Source of the DNA: Eledone cirrhosa | Lineage: Eukaryota | Direction: 5' to 3' | Assembly (NCBI GenBank): GCA_964016885.1 | Contig: OZ024742.1 | Span: forward strand, 303,862,001 to 303,926,000 | DNA: 64,000 nt | Shown: positions 1-12,223 of the stretch, in pieces | How the letters are laid out: each line of letters opens with the position of its first letter | How positions within the stretch are numbered: the first letter of the stretch is position 1 | The notes under the pieces: model-generated | The model's input: only the letters and a program-made list of their open reading frames with translations | The model's database searches: none | Told to the model about the DNA's origin: nothing | Program-made: the position numbers and the translations under genes

Positions 1-54
1 TCTTCATCGCAGTCTATTGTTATGCATTATTTTTCTTTGTTCACTAACCTTTTC

Positions 55-103
<49 letters not shown>

Positions 104-238
104 GTGTGTTGTGAGAGAGAGAGAGAGATGTATATAAGTGTATTTGTGTACATATATGTAAATGCACGTCTATGTAGGTATGTATGTATTAAGAATGATA
201 AATCGAAGTTTCAGTTGAACATATTTTATCCATAATCA

Positions 239-314
239 CCCTTAACACGTGTTTCTCGGAACTTTAATATAATGCAGTCAACTCGACTTTAGGATCGTTA
301 TGCTCGTCAGAGGC
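239..314 (-). ncRNA. Degenerate type I hammerhead-like motif
   Basis: Minus strand reads CCT-CTGACGA-(48 nt, partial hairpin)-GAAA-CACGTG-TT-AAGG. Stem III (ACACGTGT) is palindromic; stems I and II are imperfect. Confidence 0.45.
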
Positions 315-783
315 AATGGGATTTATAATCGGAATAAATACATCTCTCATACATGTAGTATATATCTATAAGAAATTAGCTTATTTACTTCAGTACTGAG
401 TGAGTAACCATGAGTGATGATGGACAAATATCGGGAAATACAAATTTTGCCTTCTCACATGGCTACGCAGATCGCTAGGAAAAAAATACATATTCTGATT
501 CTAATGTGTATTGCGTCTGACGTGAAAATTTATCAAACAGTAGAGCTGCTTGTTACCGATTAATGCTCCGAGCTGGTTATTTGCATAGCACATGTTACGA
601 ATATCTAGGAATAAAATATGATCGAAATGAAACTTCGATCACTCTTTCTTAGTATAAACACTGTATATTTTACCATTAGCAACCAGTTAAGGAATACCCA
701 TTTGTGGAATACCCATTTCCCGTAAAGGTCTTCAGTGCTGAACGAGTTACAAACGGTCATGATTCTCATTATTCACTACCTGG

Positions 784-827
<44 letters not shown>

Positions 828-1199
828 TGTTATATTTGGGGAGGGTCATATTTGCGTAATATTGCCAGAATTAATAACAGAACACACTCACTGTTTGGTT
901 GGTTTTCGCTTCTCGCTGTCTTTTATATATATATATCTGCGATCTAACTTACTCGGTCCTCAATGTTGCCATTGACTGACCGGCGGTCAAAAATAATACA
1001 GATACAATATAGACACAAACACATATATATAGTTTACATAATTTACATAAATCTTTCGTTGCACATCTGCAACATCGTCAGTGGTGTTATATTCATTGTT
1101 CCTCCTGTTGTGTTGTATGTCTACGCCATTTTTTTTTTTTGTTCAGTCTGTCTATATATTTATTTATTTATTTGCTTGTTTGTTTATCTTATTTTATTT

Positions 1200-2636
1200 T
1201 GGCTAAAAAGACTCCCATAGGAAGGTGGATTGGGTGGACCAAAGCTATACGGACCCCCCAAAACACTGATCAGGTAAGAAAAATGGTCGCACATGCAATA
1301 GGGGCTAGTATCAAAACTACCCTAAAGGGCCACATATTTAAGTTCAATGAGAAAATCTACACCCAAAATGAGGGAGCAGCCATCGGCGTCAGCATAGCTG
1401 GTGATGTTGCCAACCTTTTCATGGTATGGTGGGAAAGGAGACTTAAAGATCTCCTTAATGAAAGCTCCATAGACCTCATCATGTACTCTCGTTATGTAGA
1501 CGATATCAATATAGTTATAAGAACACCCCCACTAGAGAGCACTAACAAGTTTGATTTAGAACGTAGCACGATGGAAAGCTAATTCCATACACCAGAGTAT
1601 AACTGTAACTATAGACTTCCCTTCCAAACACCCTAACAATAGACTACCTGTATTAGACACAGAACTCTGGATTAACACTATAGACGAGAGAGCCCAAATT
1701 CTCCACTCACACTATGCTAAACCCATGGCCTCCAAATACCTGATACTCAAAACCTCAGCAATGTCCAGTAGTGCTAAGTTTAATATTCTGATCGCAGATT
1801 TGGTACGAGTGATGAAGAATGTGTCCAGCATGTGCGACCCAACAGAAATGGAAGGACACATCCAACACTTCATCAACCGCATGCAGTTCTCTGGCTACAA
1901 CCAAAGAGACAGAGTCAGAGTATACGAAGGAGCCATGGAAAAGTATAAGACCCTCATAGAAAGAAATTTGAAAGGAATTTGCCCACTATACAGGAGCAAA
2001 TCATGGAATAGCTTAGATAGGGCTAGACATAAGATAGGGAAGGCCACATCATGGTACGACAACCAGAGATATCAGAGTGTCATGTTTGTGGACGCCACCC
2101 CTGGAGGGAAATTAGCTAACCAGTGTAGAAAGGCCCTGAGAAAGACCCACTTAAAAATAAAGGTGGTAGAAAAGCCAGGAACCACCATAAAATCCCTGAT
2201 CAGCAAAACCTACCCTTTTAAGAAAACCCACTGTACTAATAGGAAATGTATCATATGTAAGGTGAACCCCCGGATAAACTGTAAAACTAGAAACGTAGTC
2301 TATAGCATAAGATGTACAGAGGGTACTTGCAGAAACATGACAACAACATACATAGGTGAGACAGCTCGTAGCATAGGTGAAAGGATAGACCAACACTGGG
2401 GGGAACTAAAAGGACGAAAAAACGGGTCAGTACTATACGAACATGCTAGACAACAACATGACGGTAACATAGACAACATAGAAATTAGAATAATATCTAA
2501 ACATAGGAATGACCCAGCAGATAGGCAAATCAGAGAGGCCAGTGAAATAGAAATTAGAAGACCAAAGCTAAACAGAAAGAATGAGTGGAACAACAACAAC
2601 ACCCAAACAAACAACACTGACCTAAGAGAAGTATAA
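1200..2636 (+). pseudogene. PLE RT (motif B onward) + GIY-YIG endonuclease, frameshifted near 1577
   Basis: ORFs 1139-1582 and 1725-2636. Comparison with the sister copy near 43870 shows about 13 nt (CATCCAGCAGATA) missing here, which breaks the frame. Confidence 0.9.
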
Positions 2637-2904
2637 ATAAGTAAATAAAATTAAATAAAATAAGATAAATAAATACATACACAAGCACATAAACACACAC
2701 TAGTCACCCAGCAGACACAACACTATACACACTAGTCACACATCACACATAACACTATACACACACGCAAACGCATGCGCAAAGAAGACAAAATAAAATA
2801 AGATAAACAAACAAGCAAATAAATAAATAAATATATAGACAGACTGAACAAAAAAAAAAAAATGGCGTAGACATACAACACAACAGGAGGAACAATGAAT
2901 ATAA

Positions 2905-2951
2905 CACCACTGACGATGTTGCAGATGTGCAACGAAAGATTTATGTAAATT
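2905..2951 (+). ncRNA. Atypical hammerhead core in Naiad pLTR (mirror copy at about 1040-1085 on the minus strand)
   Basis: CTGACGA-T-GTTGCA-GATG-TGCAAC-GAAA gives a core and a perfect stem II. No clean stem I or III was found. Confidence 0.5.
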
Positions 2952-3232
2952 ATGTAAACTATATATATGTGTTTGTGTCTATATTGTATCTGTATTATTT
3001 TTGACCGCCGGTCAGTCAATGGCAACATTGAGGACCGAGTAAGTTAGATCGCAGATATATATATATAAAAGACAGCGAGAAGCGAAAACCAACCAAACAG
3101 TGAGTGTGTTCTGTTATTAATTCTGGCAATATTACGCAAATATGACCCTCCCCAAATATAACAATATCTGTTTCGACACACGATTTCATATAAAAAACCT
3201 CGCAAAACTAATTCATCGCCGCTATATCTATA

Positions 3233-3341
<109 letters not shown>

Positions 3342-3373
3342 AGAACAAAAGATGGTTAAAAGAGTTCCATGTA

Positions 3374-3440
3374 TTTTATTATGCGCATTTCAAAAACAAA
3401 TATCGTCATGCAATAATATTTGTGTTTTCATCAGATAAAA
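3374..3440 (-). ncRNA. Minimal type I hammerhead ribozyme (pLTR)
   Basis: TTTTAT-CTGATGA-stem II-GAAA-TGCGCA-TA-ATAAAA on the minus strand. Confidence 0.85.
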
Positions 3441-4265
3441 CAGGAAGACATGATATGAAGGTTAAAAAACACTTGTGAATAGTTCTGTTTTAAATCAACA
3501 TATGAGAAGTAGTTTTAGATTGATGTGTGATATTGGGAAAAATATTTTATTTAGAGGGGGGTGGGTTGGAAAGGATGAAAAAGAGGAGGAGATGAGAGTA
3601 AAAAGTTGAGAGGGAGGAGTATAATGAGGAAGGATGAGATAGGAGGAGAGATGGGTGATAGAGAGAGAGAGATAACTTTTATAACTGAGAAAGATATATT
3701 GTTTTACATAGAGAGGTTGAAAACCGTTGGAAGATAATGTATAAATTAAAAGAATTTGAAAGTTAACGAAGAGAAAAACATAATGTAAAGTTAATATTGA
3801 GGGGTTTGATAATATGTGCGATGTTAAGAAAATGTTGATATGTATTATTAAAAGGAACAACAGGTTATTTAAGTAAGGAAATATTGTGAGATGACCATGA
3901 ATGAGTTAGATGAAAGTGAGAAAAGATAATGAATTGAGGATGAATAATCTAACGTCAAAAAAATGTATATGTTTACGAAGGATTTTTACAAGGTGATATA
4001 GAGTAAGAATGTATTGTATTATGTAATAATTGATTCTATGTTAGGCAAGAGTGAGAAAAGGTACAGATTAGGGGTTAGACATTAAAAGAAGAAGAGAAGA
4101 AAGGGAAGTGATAAATAGGAGCGATGTAGAATGAGTAACAAGTATTATAGAATGTATAATAACCTTTGAAATAAGGTAGACAGATGGGTATATTTTTAAA
4201 AGAAGTGTATATATATATATATGTGCCTTTGAGAAAAAGATTCTAAATTGATAAAGAATTGAATA

Positions 4266-5264
4266 TTAGCTGTATACTTTGTGAAATGTTTTATGGAATT
4301 TATGCAAGCAGATAGAAAACAAGTCAGTGCGTCTATTTATTATAGAATCTAAATTAGAAATAATGGTAAATTTTTCATTTAGACAGAGATTGCAAATTTT
4401 GGATAGAGAACTGTTCAAGTATGGAGACGCAGAAGAAACCTTCTTCCAAAAGATGCTATATTTAATATTTTTGTCTTTCAAGGACCATATGAGTTCTGAG
4501 AGAGCCGTGTTGGTTCTTTTAAGTTTGTATTTAAAAGACGAATGATGGTTATAAAGACGAGCTTTAAAAGAGGTGGAAGTGGAGCCAAAATAGGTGAAGG
4601 AATTGGTGTCAGTTATAACTTTACATTCGTAAATTAAGTTTTTATCAAGACAATGGTTGTTGAGAGGACATTTATTTTTAATAGGGCAATTGCGATTAGA
4701 GAGATTATTAATGAGTGACCTAGTGTTATCTATAGAAGGAATTGGATTGGAGAAGTTATTTGCGATAGGAATAATAGTTTCTTGATTTAGAATGGGATTA
4801 AGAACATTTAGCGAAGTTGTGTTTGACGTTGTATTTGGGTTTGTAGAAATTAGCCTAGGGTTTACAATGACGTCGGGAGTACTATTATTATGATATTCAG
4901 TGTTGGAAGGAAGAGATTTAGTATTTAGTATTTTATTGTTGTGTTTAGAGATAATGTTGGAAATGTTGGAGCATGTAGAATAGGAACATTTTATAGTGTG
5001 TTTGTTAAATATTTTACTATAGATAAGTGAGGGAGGGAAGCATTTATTTAAGGCACTAAAGAATAATTTAGGAATATTGTTATTAATAGAGATGGAGAAA
5101 GGAGCATTATACCAGATTATGTTTTTGTATCTAGGTCTTTTATTAAACTTATTGGAATGATCATGATTAATTATTCTACTGTAATTTCTTCTAGAATTTG
5201 TTTCTTTACTATATTTGATTTTATCAGGATAGCCGGATTTAGAAAGCGCGTTATTATAGTTGAT
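4266..5264 (-). pseudogene. Truncated PLE polyprotein C-terminus with GIY-YIG endonuclease
   Basis: Motifs checked at 5264, 4697 and 4481-4266 are in one frame (999 nt). The N-terminus and RT core are missing; the frame was not fully checked for stops. Confidence 0.8.
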
Positions 5265-5317
5265 TTAAAACTGAACTATCCACAAGTGTTGTTTAACCTT
5301 CATATCATGTCTTCCTG

Positions 5318-5384
5318 TTTTATCTGATGAAAACACAAATACTATTGCATGATGATGTTTGTTTTTGAAATGCGCATAATAAAA
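5318..5384 (+). ncRNA. Minimal type I hammerhead ribozyme (inverted pLTR arm)
   Basis: Stem I TTTTAT/ATAAAA; CTGATGA at 5324; GAAA at 5367; palindromic stem III ATGCGCAT; predicted cleavage after 5378. Confidence 0.87.
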
Positions 5385-5509
5385 TACATGGAACTCTTTT
5401 AACCATCTTTTGTTCTTATATATTATGTATACTCCTCTCCTACAAACTGTAGAGTGCTTCTTATCCGATATCTGCATTGCTTTATTGTACTACAATAAAA
5501 CTCACCTCC

Positions 5510-5580
<71 letters not shown>

Positions 5581-5586
5581 TTGTGC

Positions 5587-5644
<58 letters not shown>

Positions 5645-6006
5645 CCTACGTTTGGATTTGATGTTGCCTCACAAATATTCCCTTTTAATGCGGTATAATG
5701 CGGTATGATGATGTTGCTAAATTATATACAATATTATCCGTAGTAATGACGTCACGGTGTTAGATAACGAATATCTCCCTGCACATATAACATGCAGATA
5801 CATATGAACATAAGATTTTGCTAAATGTAAATCTAACATGTTTGATATGGATGTTCGTGACAGGATATGAAAGCCAGAGAGGTGAGCTGCCCTGCTCTGT
5901 GGAATATTTCTACCAAAATATTCTGAGAAAAGGATTAAATACGGACAACAAATTCAAAACTTTCATATCCTCTACGCAGTTTATATATTCACACACACAC
6001 CCATAC

Positions 6007-6129
<123 letters not shown>

Positions 6130-6468
6130 CGTGCGTGTTGATAATTATTGTTGCATTTAGCTGTGATAGTAAATGCCGAAATCACGATTTGAAAATCTAG
6201 GTTATTAAGTCAAAGGTATTGGCCAGCGACGACACACCTTAGAAATAGACTAAGTAATCGGAAAAGTAAATATATATTAGACATGTCTAACAAGATGAGA
6301 CATACATCGTTATCGTATCTAAATGACTGCGGTAAAGCATAGTTACTTTGTTAGAAACCACCTCATTCCTAAATGGAAGCAATCAAATAATCAAAAAGTA
6401 AGCGTACACTTATCCGAATAGACCTAGTGAAAATACTTCTGCATAAACACACGTATACACCACACATA

Positions 6469-6558
<90 letters not shown>

Positions 6559-6633
6559 GGAGTGGATGCATGTGTAGGTGTGTGTATGTATGTTCTCCCT
6601 CGCATACAAGACAAGAAAAAACGTGTAAAGTAA

Positions 6634-6695
6634 GGAAGAAGAAGAAGAAGAAGAAGAAGAAGAAGAAGAAGAAGAAGAAGAAGAAGAAGAAGAAG

Positions 6696-6742
<47 letters not shown>
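6634..6742. repeat. (GAA)n(CAA)n compound microsatellite
   Basis: Direct reading. Confidence 0.95.
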
Positions 6743-6743
<1 letters not shown>

Positions 6744-7049
6744 ATCAACAGCAAATATGTAAGAATATGTCAACAAAGTAGACAGAGTAGAAAATAATTA
6801 CTCTTGTGTATTCTCTTGACACTGAAGACTGTTTTATCGGGATTCAACGTTAGCAAATTGTCCTAGTCAGTTGTAGGACGAGTGATAACGTTAGTGGTGG
6901 GGAAAATACATCATCCGTATGTGGTGACATCCACAAACACGTGTCGTTGTAATGTAAATAAATAAATGGAAAAGGGCAGAAATAGAAACTGAAATGTAAA
7001 TCCGGGAAAGAACCTCAGAACAAAGAGGGAGTGAGGGAAATAGTGATTG

Positions 7050-7452
<403 letters not shown>

Positions 7453-8462
7453 GTTAACTGATAAATTAAAAGAAATGAGTTAAGAAATAATGTTAAGATG
7501 AGGAAAATATTGAAAATAATAAAAAGAAAATAAGGAACAGTAAAATATCTAAAAAAAAAAAAAAATAGAAAAAGTTATATCTAAATCTAAGAATAATGGA
7601 ATGAGGAGAATAAAAATACATTTACTATTTCAGATGAAACTAATACAGTAAATAATAAATAACAGAACATATGTAAAAAAATATTATTGGGGTGATAAAG
7701 AAATCATTGTTGGTATGTATAATGGTATGGGTGATGATATGGTGTGCAGTATATTTAATGGTTTGGGGTGAATAAGTGGATGAATGTGTTGATTGGTAAG
7801 TGGTTGCATGGATGATTGGATGGGGTACCGGATAGGTTGCGGAATGGGTGGCTCTATTGGTGATTTTATTGAAGGGGGGGAGGGGGTGCGGGATATATTG
7901 GTAGATGGATGGTGGTTGGGTAGTGAAATGGTTGGTTGGTTGAGTGGAAGGGTAGATGGATGTGAGATGGGATTGCTAGGTGATTTGGTGAGTATTTGGA
8001 TAGGTGTTGTTAAGTTGTAGTTGAATTTGCGGGCAGAATGGTTGGCTGGTTGTGTGGATGGGCGACTCTATTATCGGCTGCATTGAGAGTTGTATTAATG
8101 GTAGTATTAGTGGTTGGTTGTGAGATTAGATAGATGTTTGGATATATGGCGGGTTGTAATAGTCAGTATGTTTTCATTTATTTGTTTTGGGTCAGGTTGA
8201 GACATGCCACCATTCACCACGTGGCTGACTGATATTACGATTAGAAATATTATTTATACGATCGGTAGTATCTTTTCTAAAGAAGAAAAAAATAAGGGAG
8301 ATATATAGAGAGAAACAGACAGAAACATAGCTAGAGAAAATGTGTAAGAGAGGGAGTGAGGGAGAAAGAGAGAGAATGAAAGAAAGAGAGAGAGAGGGAT
8401 ATATATACAGTATATATATATCAGCAATTACACAGCCTCTGTTTCTTCCTATATATATATAT

Positions 8463-8572
<110 letters not shown>

Positions 8573-9164
8573 GCAAACAGAAAGCTAGGAGGGACGGTAC
8601 AAATGATTTAAAATGAGTTAGAAGGAATAGAGATATGATGAGTAGATATATGTTACTATATTCACTGGAGAGAAGGACAGGAGAAGGAGGAAATGTAAAA
8701 ATAAAGAGATACGTGGGGGAAGATTGTGTCAAATGTGAATATTTTAACATTCGTATGCATGAGGGATAAAAAATGGGACGGGTCGGTGAGAGAGAGAGAG
8801 AGAGAGAGAGAAGAATAACAAACATAGATAGACAGAGAGATTTGATAGGAGGTGAAATGTACATGAATGAAGGGGAGGTAAAACTGAAAGAGTTAAAGAA
8901 AGAAGCAAAAATTAATTAACATATGCATTCAAGTTGAATAAGAGGTGGAAAGAGAGAGATGGATGGTGAGATAAAAAAATTCTGAAGGGGGAGGGGAGAT
9001 ATGGAGGAAATTCCTAAGTTTTCCAATATGATTGAGAAGGAAATATTTTTGCAAGAAATCAATCTTAGATGGGAAGATTGAAAAATAATTCAAATGCCAC
9101 AATACATTGGAATCTGGATTTCACACTGGATTCTTGATTCTTTATGGGGAACTAGTACAGCGTA

Positions 9165-9200
<36 letters not shown>

Positions 9201-9485
9201 ATTTCATTTACCAATTGTGGGTCGCTCCCTTTCCTTGACGAAATGAGTATGTGTATGTGTGTGTGTGTCCATTGGTGTGTATGTGTGTGCGTGTGCATGT
9301 GTGTGCGCGCGCGCGTGTGTGTGTGTGTGTCCACGTGTTTGTGTGTGCGTGCGTCAGTATAAAAATGTATGGGTAGAAAGTCGGAGTATGCAAATCTCAC
9401 ATGGCTAAACTCAAGTATAAATGTAACAGAGCTCTGTTTCTGGTTGCTGGATTAATTAGAACTTTTATCAACCAGTTACAATACC

Positions 9486-9537
<52 letters not shown>

Positions 9538-9542
<5 letters not shown>

Positions 9543-10455
9543 TGGAAGATCACTGATGAAGGACTAAATTTATTCATATGTAACCCATTTGCAACCACGC
9601 AGCACGCCATGTTTTCATATTCATAAATAATTCCCCCCGCTGTGACCCGTCTGTTTCTTTCTTACTGCTTTCCCTTTTCTCTGTATCTCTCACTTCCTTT
9701 TACCCCCTCTAACAGTCACTCTCTCTGTTAGCCTCTTCCTCACACTTTCACTCCCTCTCCTACTTCCTCCCGTTTGACCTGTGCCAGATTCTTTCCTCGC
9801 GCACACTTTGACCCGGTCGGATGGCCTTTATTCTCTCTCATCCACGATTTCACAGAACTTATGTTCATCGATTTCAGGGACTTGACTCCTTCTTCCTCCC
9901 ATTTGAGCTGTGCGAAATTCTTTCCTTACTCACATTTCGACCAGGTTTGATGGTCTTTATTCTCTCTCATCCACGATTTCACAGAACTTATGTTCATCGA
10001 TTTCAGGGACTTGACTCCTTCTTCCTCCCATTTGAGCTGTGCGAAATTCTTTCCTTACTCACATTTCGACCAGGTTTGATGGTCTTTATTCTCTCTCATC
10101 CACGATTTCACAGAACTTATGTTCATCGATTTCAGGGACTTGACTCCTTCTTCCTCCCATTTGAGCTGTGCGAAATTCTTTCCTTACTCACATTTCGACC
10201 AGGTTTGATGGTCTTTATTCTCTCTCATCAACGATTTCACAGAACTTATGTTCATCGATTTCAGGGACTTGACTCCTTCTTCCTCATTTTTCGTTGCATT
10301 ACCACCTTTGTTTGTTTACTGTCTCGCTCGTTCCCCTTATTTACGTGTCCCAACGACTTTCTTTAGCCGTTGCTCGCACCAACCGGAGGTATATGCTCTT
10401 TAAAGCGATGAGATACCAATGAAGGTTGGAAAATGAAGGACTAAATTTATTCATA
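9538..10455 (+). mobile_element. ORF-less pLTR-like repeat with terminal direct repeat and internal tandem array
   Basis: AAGGTTGGAA...TGAAGGACTAAATTTATTCATAT occurs at both ends; CTGATGA half-core at 9553; homologous to 53040-53595 and 29561-29598 (minus); flanked by (TA)n. Confidence 0.7.
9821..10285. repeat. 129-bp tandem repeat, about 3.6 near-identical copies
   Basis: Units start at 9821, 9950, 10079 and 10208. Confidence 0.95.
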
Positions 10456-10553
10456 TATATATATATATATACACGGTATTGGAACTAATGGATACAATTT
10501 CGTTTTTTAATTTGTTTTGCAAGATTTTTTATTGACAGCATAACCCTCCCAAA

Positions 10554-10606
<53 letters not shown>

Positions 10607-10697
10607 CATTACAAGGTGTCTAACTATATATATATATATATAAGGGGTCTAACTATATATATATAACAACAGGTCTATATATATATTAACATTACAA

Positions 10698-10784
10698 GGG
10701 GTCTGACGAGCCGCGGGTTACAGAGTAGGGTCAGATCGATATAAATCGAACTTTGAGCTGATCAGTGGCGAAACGCGCGTCACC
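10698..10784 (+). ncRNA. Type I hammerhead ribozyme with long stem II, in a solo pLTR-like fragment (about 10685-10940)
   Basis: GGT-CTGACGA-GCCGC...GTGGC-GAAA-CGCGCG-TC-ACC; palindromic stem III; GUC site at 10779-10781; AATAAA at 10789. Confidence 0.85.
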
Positions 10785-10965
10785 AACCAATAAACGTAAT
10801 GAAGGAGTAACCAATCGTCCTTTTTATCTTATTTCACTGTAATACACTCTGTCTAGCTCTACACCTCGACACTGAAGTGAACCTAAACATCGAGTGCTCA
10901 CCCGGGTGAACCTACAGTATCTCCAAGTTACACTCCCTGGATATATATATATATATATATATATA

Positions 10966-11027
10966 GTGAAAGAATGAAGAATAACATGGTCAACAGTACA
11001 AAAAGGGTTTTATTTACAGAATTAACA

Positions 11028-11085
<58 letters not shown>

Positions 11086-11136
11086 TGTTAATTTTGTAAA
11101 TAAAATTCTTTTTCTACTGTTGACCATGTTATTATT

Positions 11137-11141
<5 letters not shown>
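10966..11141. repeat. Inverted repeat centred on (TA)n; pLTR fragment of the family also seen at 26971-27040
   Basis: 10966-11031 is inverted at 11081-11141. Confidence 0.85.
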
Positions 11142-11204
<63 letters not shown>

Positions 11205-11271
11205 AAAAAAAGATGAAATCGAAAATGCAACTGGAGTCTTATTTAAAAAAAAAAAAAATATTTATTTGGTT

Positions 11272-11308
11272 CCTTTACCGGTTTCGCAGTTCTTCTGCTT
11301 TTCAAAGG
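11272..11308 (-). ncRNA. Variant-core hammerhead-like motif (UUGAAAA) in a solo pLTR-like element (about 11200-11820)
   Basis: Minus strand reads CCT-TTGAAAA-GCAG-AAGAA-CTGC-GAAA-CCGG-TA-AAGG, then AATAAA. Confidence 0.65.
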
Positions 11309-11414
11309 TAGAGTTGAGATGGAGGGTCTGTTGTTTTTCTCACATCTGGTTGGTCTCTGAATGTCACTTGTCTTATATGGAAAAAGTGGCTCGAAATGCC
11401 AGGTGTTTCGAGAA

Positions 11415-11660
11415 GTAATTTGATTGGTTGGTCAATAATTATAATAAATTTCGCCACAGTTCGCGTTACAAAGTTCTTCAAACAAGGGGGGGGGGGGGTC
11501 ACAGGTTGTTTTTTTCATATATGAGTGCTTGAATTTCTTTTTACTTTAAATAAAGGGGGCTCACGAACGCTTTTTTTTAAATAAACGTAATTTGATTGGT
11601 TATAAATGAAATTATGGCTGTCACGTGAACAAGTTTTCATTAAATTTTCGCGCCCTTATT
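11415..11660 (-). promoter_or_regulatory. Candidate pLTR promoter: two CCAAT boxes, E-box, E2F-like site
   Basis: GTAATTTGATTGGTT occurs twice (about 11414 and 11587); GTCACGTGA at about 11619; TTTTCGCGCC at about 11645. All lie upstream of the minus-strand hammerhead. Confidence 0.4.
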
Positions 11661-11860
11661 TGGAAATCTATTCTGTAGCCTTTTTAGAGAATTTTATGAC
11701 AAGTAAAAGATAATGGTCAAGAGAAATTGGATGGGAGAATTGTTCTGGTTCAGTGAATATGGTTAGTTCGCTGGGGTGTCAGAATTCAGATTTTCTATTG
11801 AATAAAGAAAGTAAAGATATGTATGTTTATTTGTGTGCTTGTGTGTGTGTGTGTGTGTGA

Positions 11861-11937
<77 letters not shown>

Positions 11938-11961
11938 TGTGTTTGAATTTCTTTTTACTTA

Positions 11962-12059
<98 letters not shown>

Positions 12060-12223
12060 TCTCGAATTACTATTATTTCTTATAGATTGTCTAATAGAAT
12101 CATAAATAATTTTTTTTATATTCTAATAACGATATTTTCATTTGTTTTTGAAAACTGGGACATCGGAGCGCATTAGAATACATACATACAAATATACACA
12201 TATACGCAATTACACACATGCAT

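Larger units (their letters stand above)
827..3222 (+). mobile_element. Penelope-like element, Naiad-type, 5'-truncated, with inverted pLTR arm; inserted in a (TA)n array
   Basis: RT motifs QNEGAAIGVSIAG and MYSRYVDD; HYAKPMAS; CxxxxCxxC followed by GIY-YIG (VVYSIRC...YIGETARSIGER). 827-1201 is the reverse complement of 2789-3164. Flanked by (TA)n and (TC)n(TA)n. The clade call rests on remembered motif style. Confidence 0.93.

Noticed and set aside
963-1220. Identical ORFs at 963-1220 (+) and 2732-3028 (-)
   Set aside because: Antisense reading of the inverted pLTR.
1725-2636. Selenocysteine recoding, reported for some Naiad PLEs
   Set aside because: No in-frame TGA at Cys positions. The TGA near 44564 in the sister copy replaces a Trp codon and looks mutational.
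5747-5754. TGACGTCA CRE site (also near 31300)
   Set aside because: An isolated 8-mer is expected by chance; no promoter context.
9821-10366. 181-aa ORF with 43-aa repeats; possible CRISPR-like array
   Set aside because: By-product of a 129-bp tandem repeat. There are no unique spacers, the DNA is eukaryotic and the frame is not kept in the 53 kb homologue.
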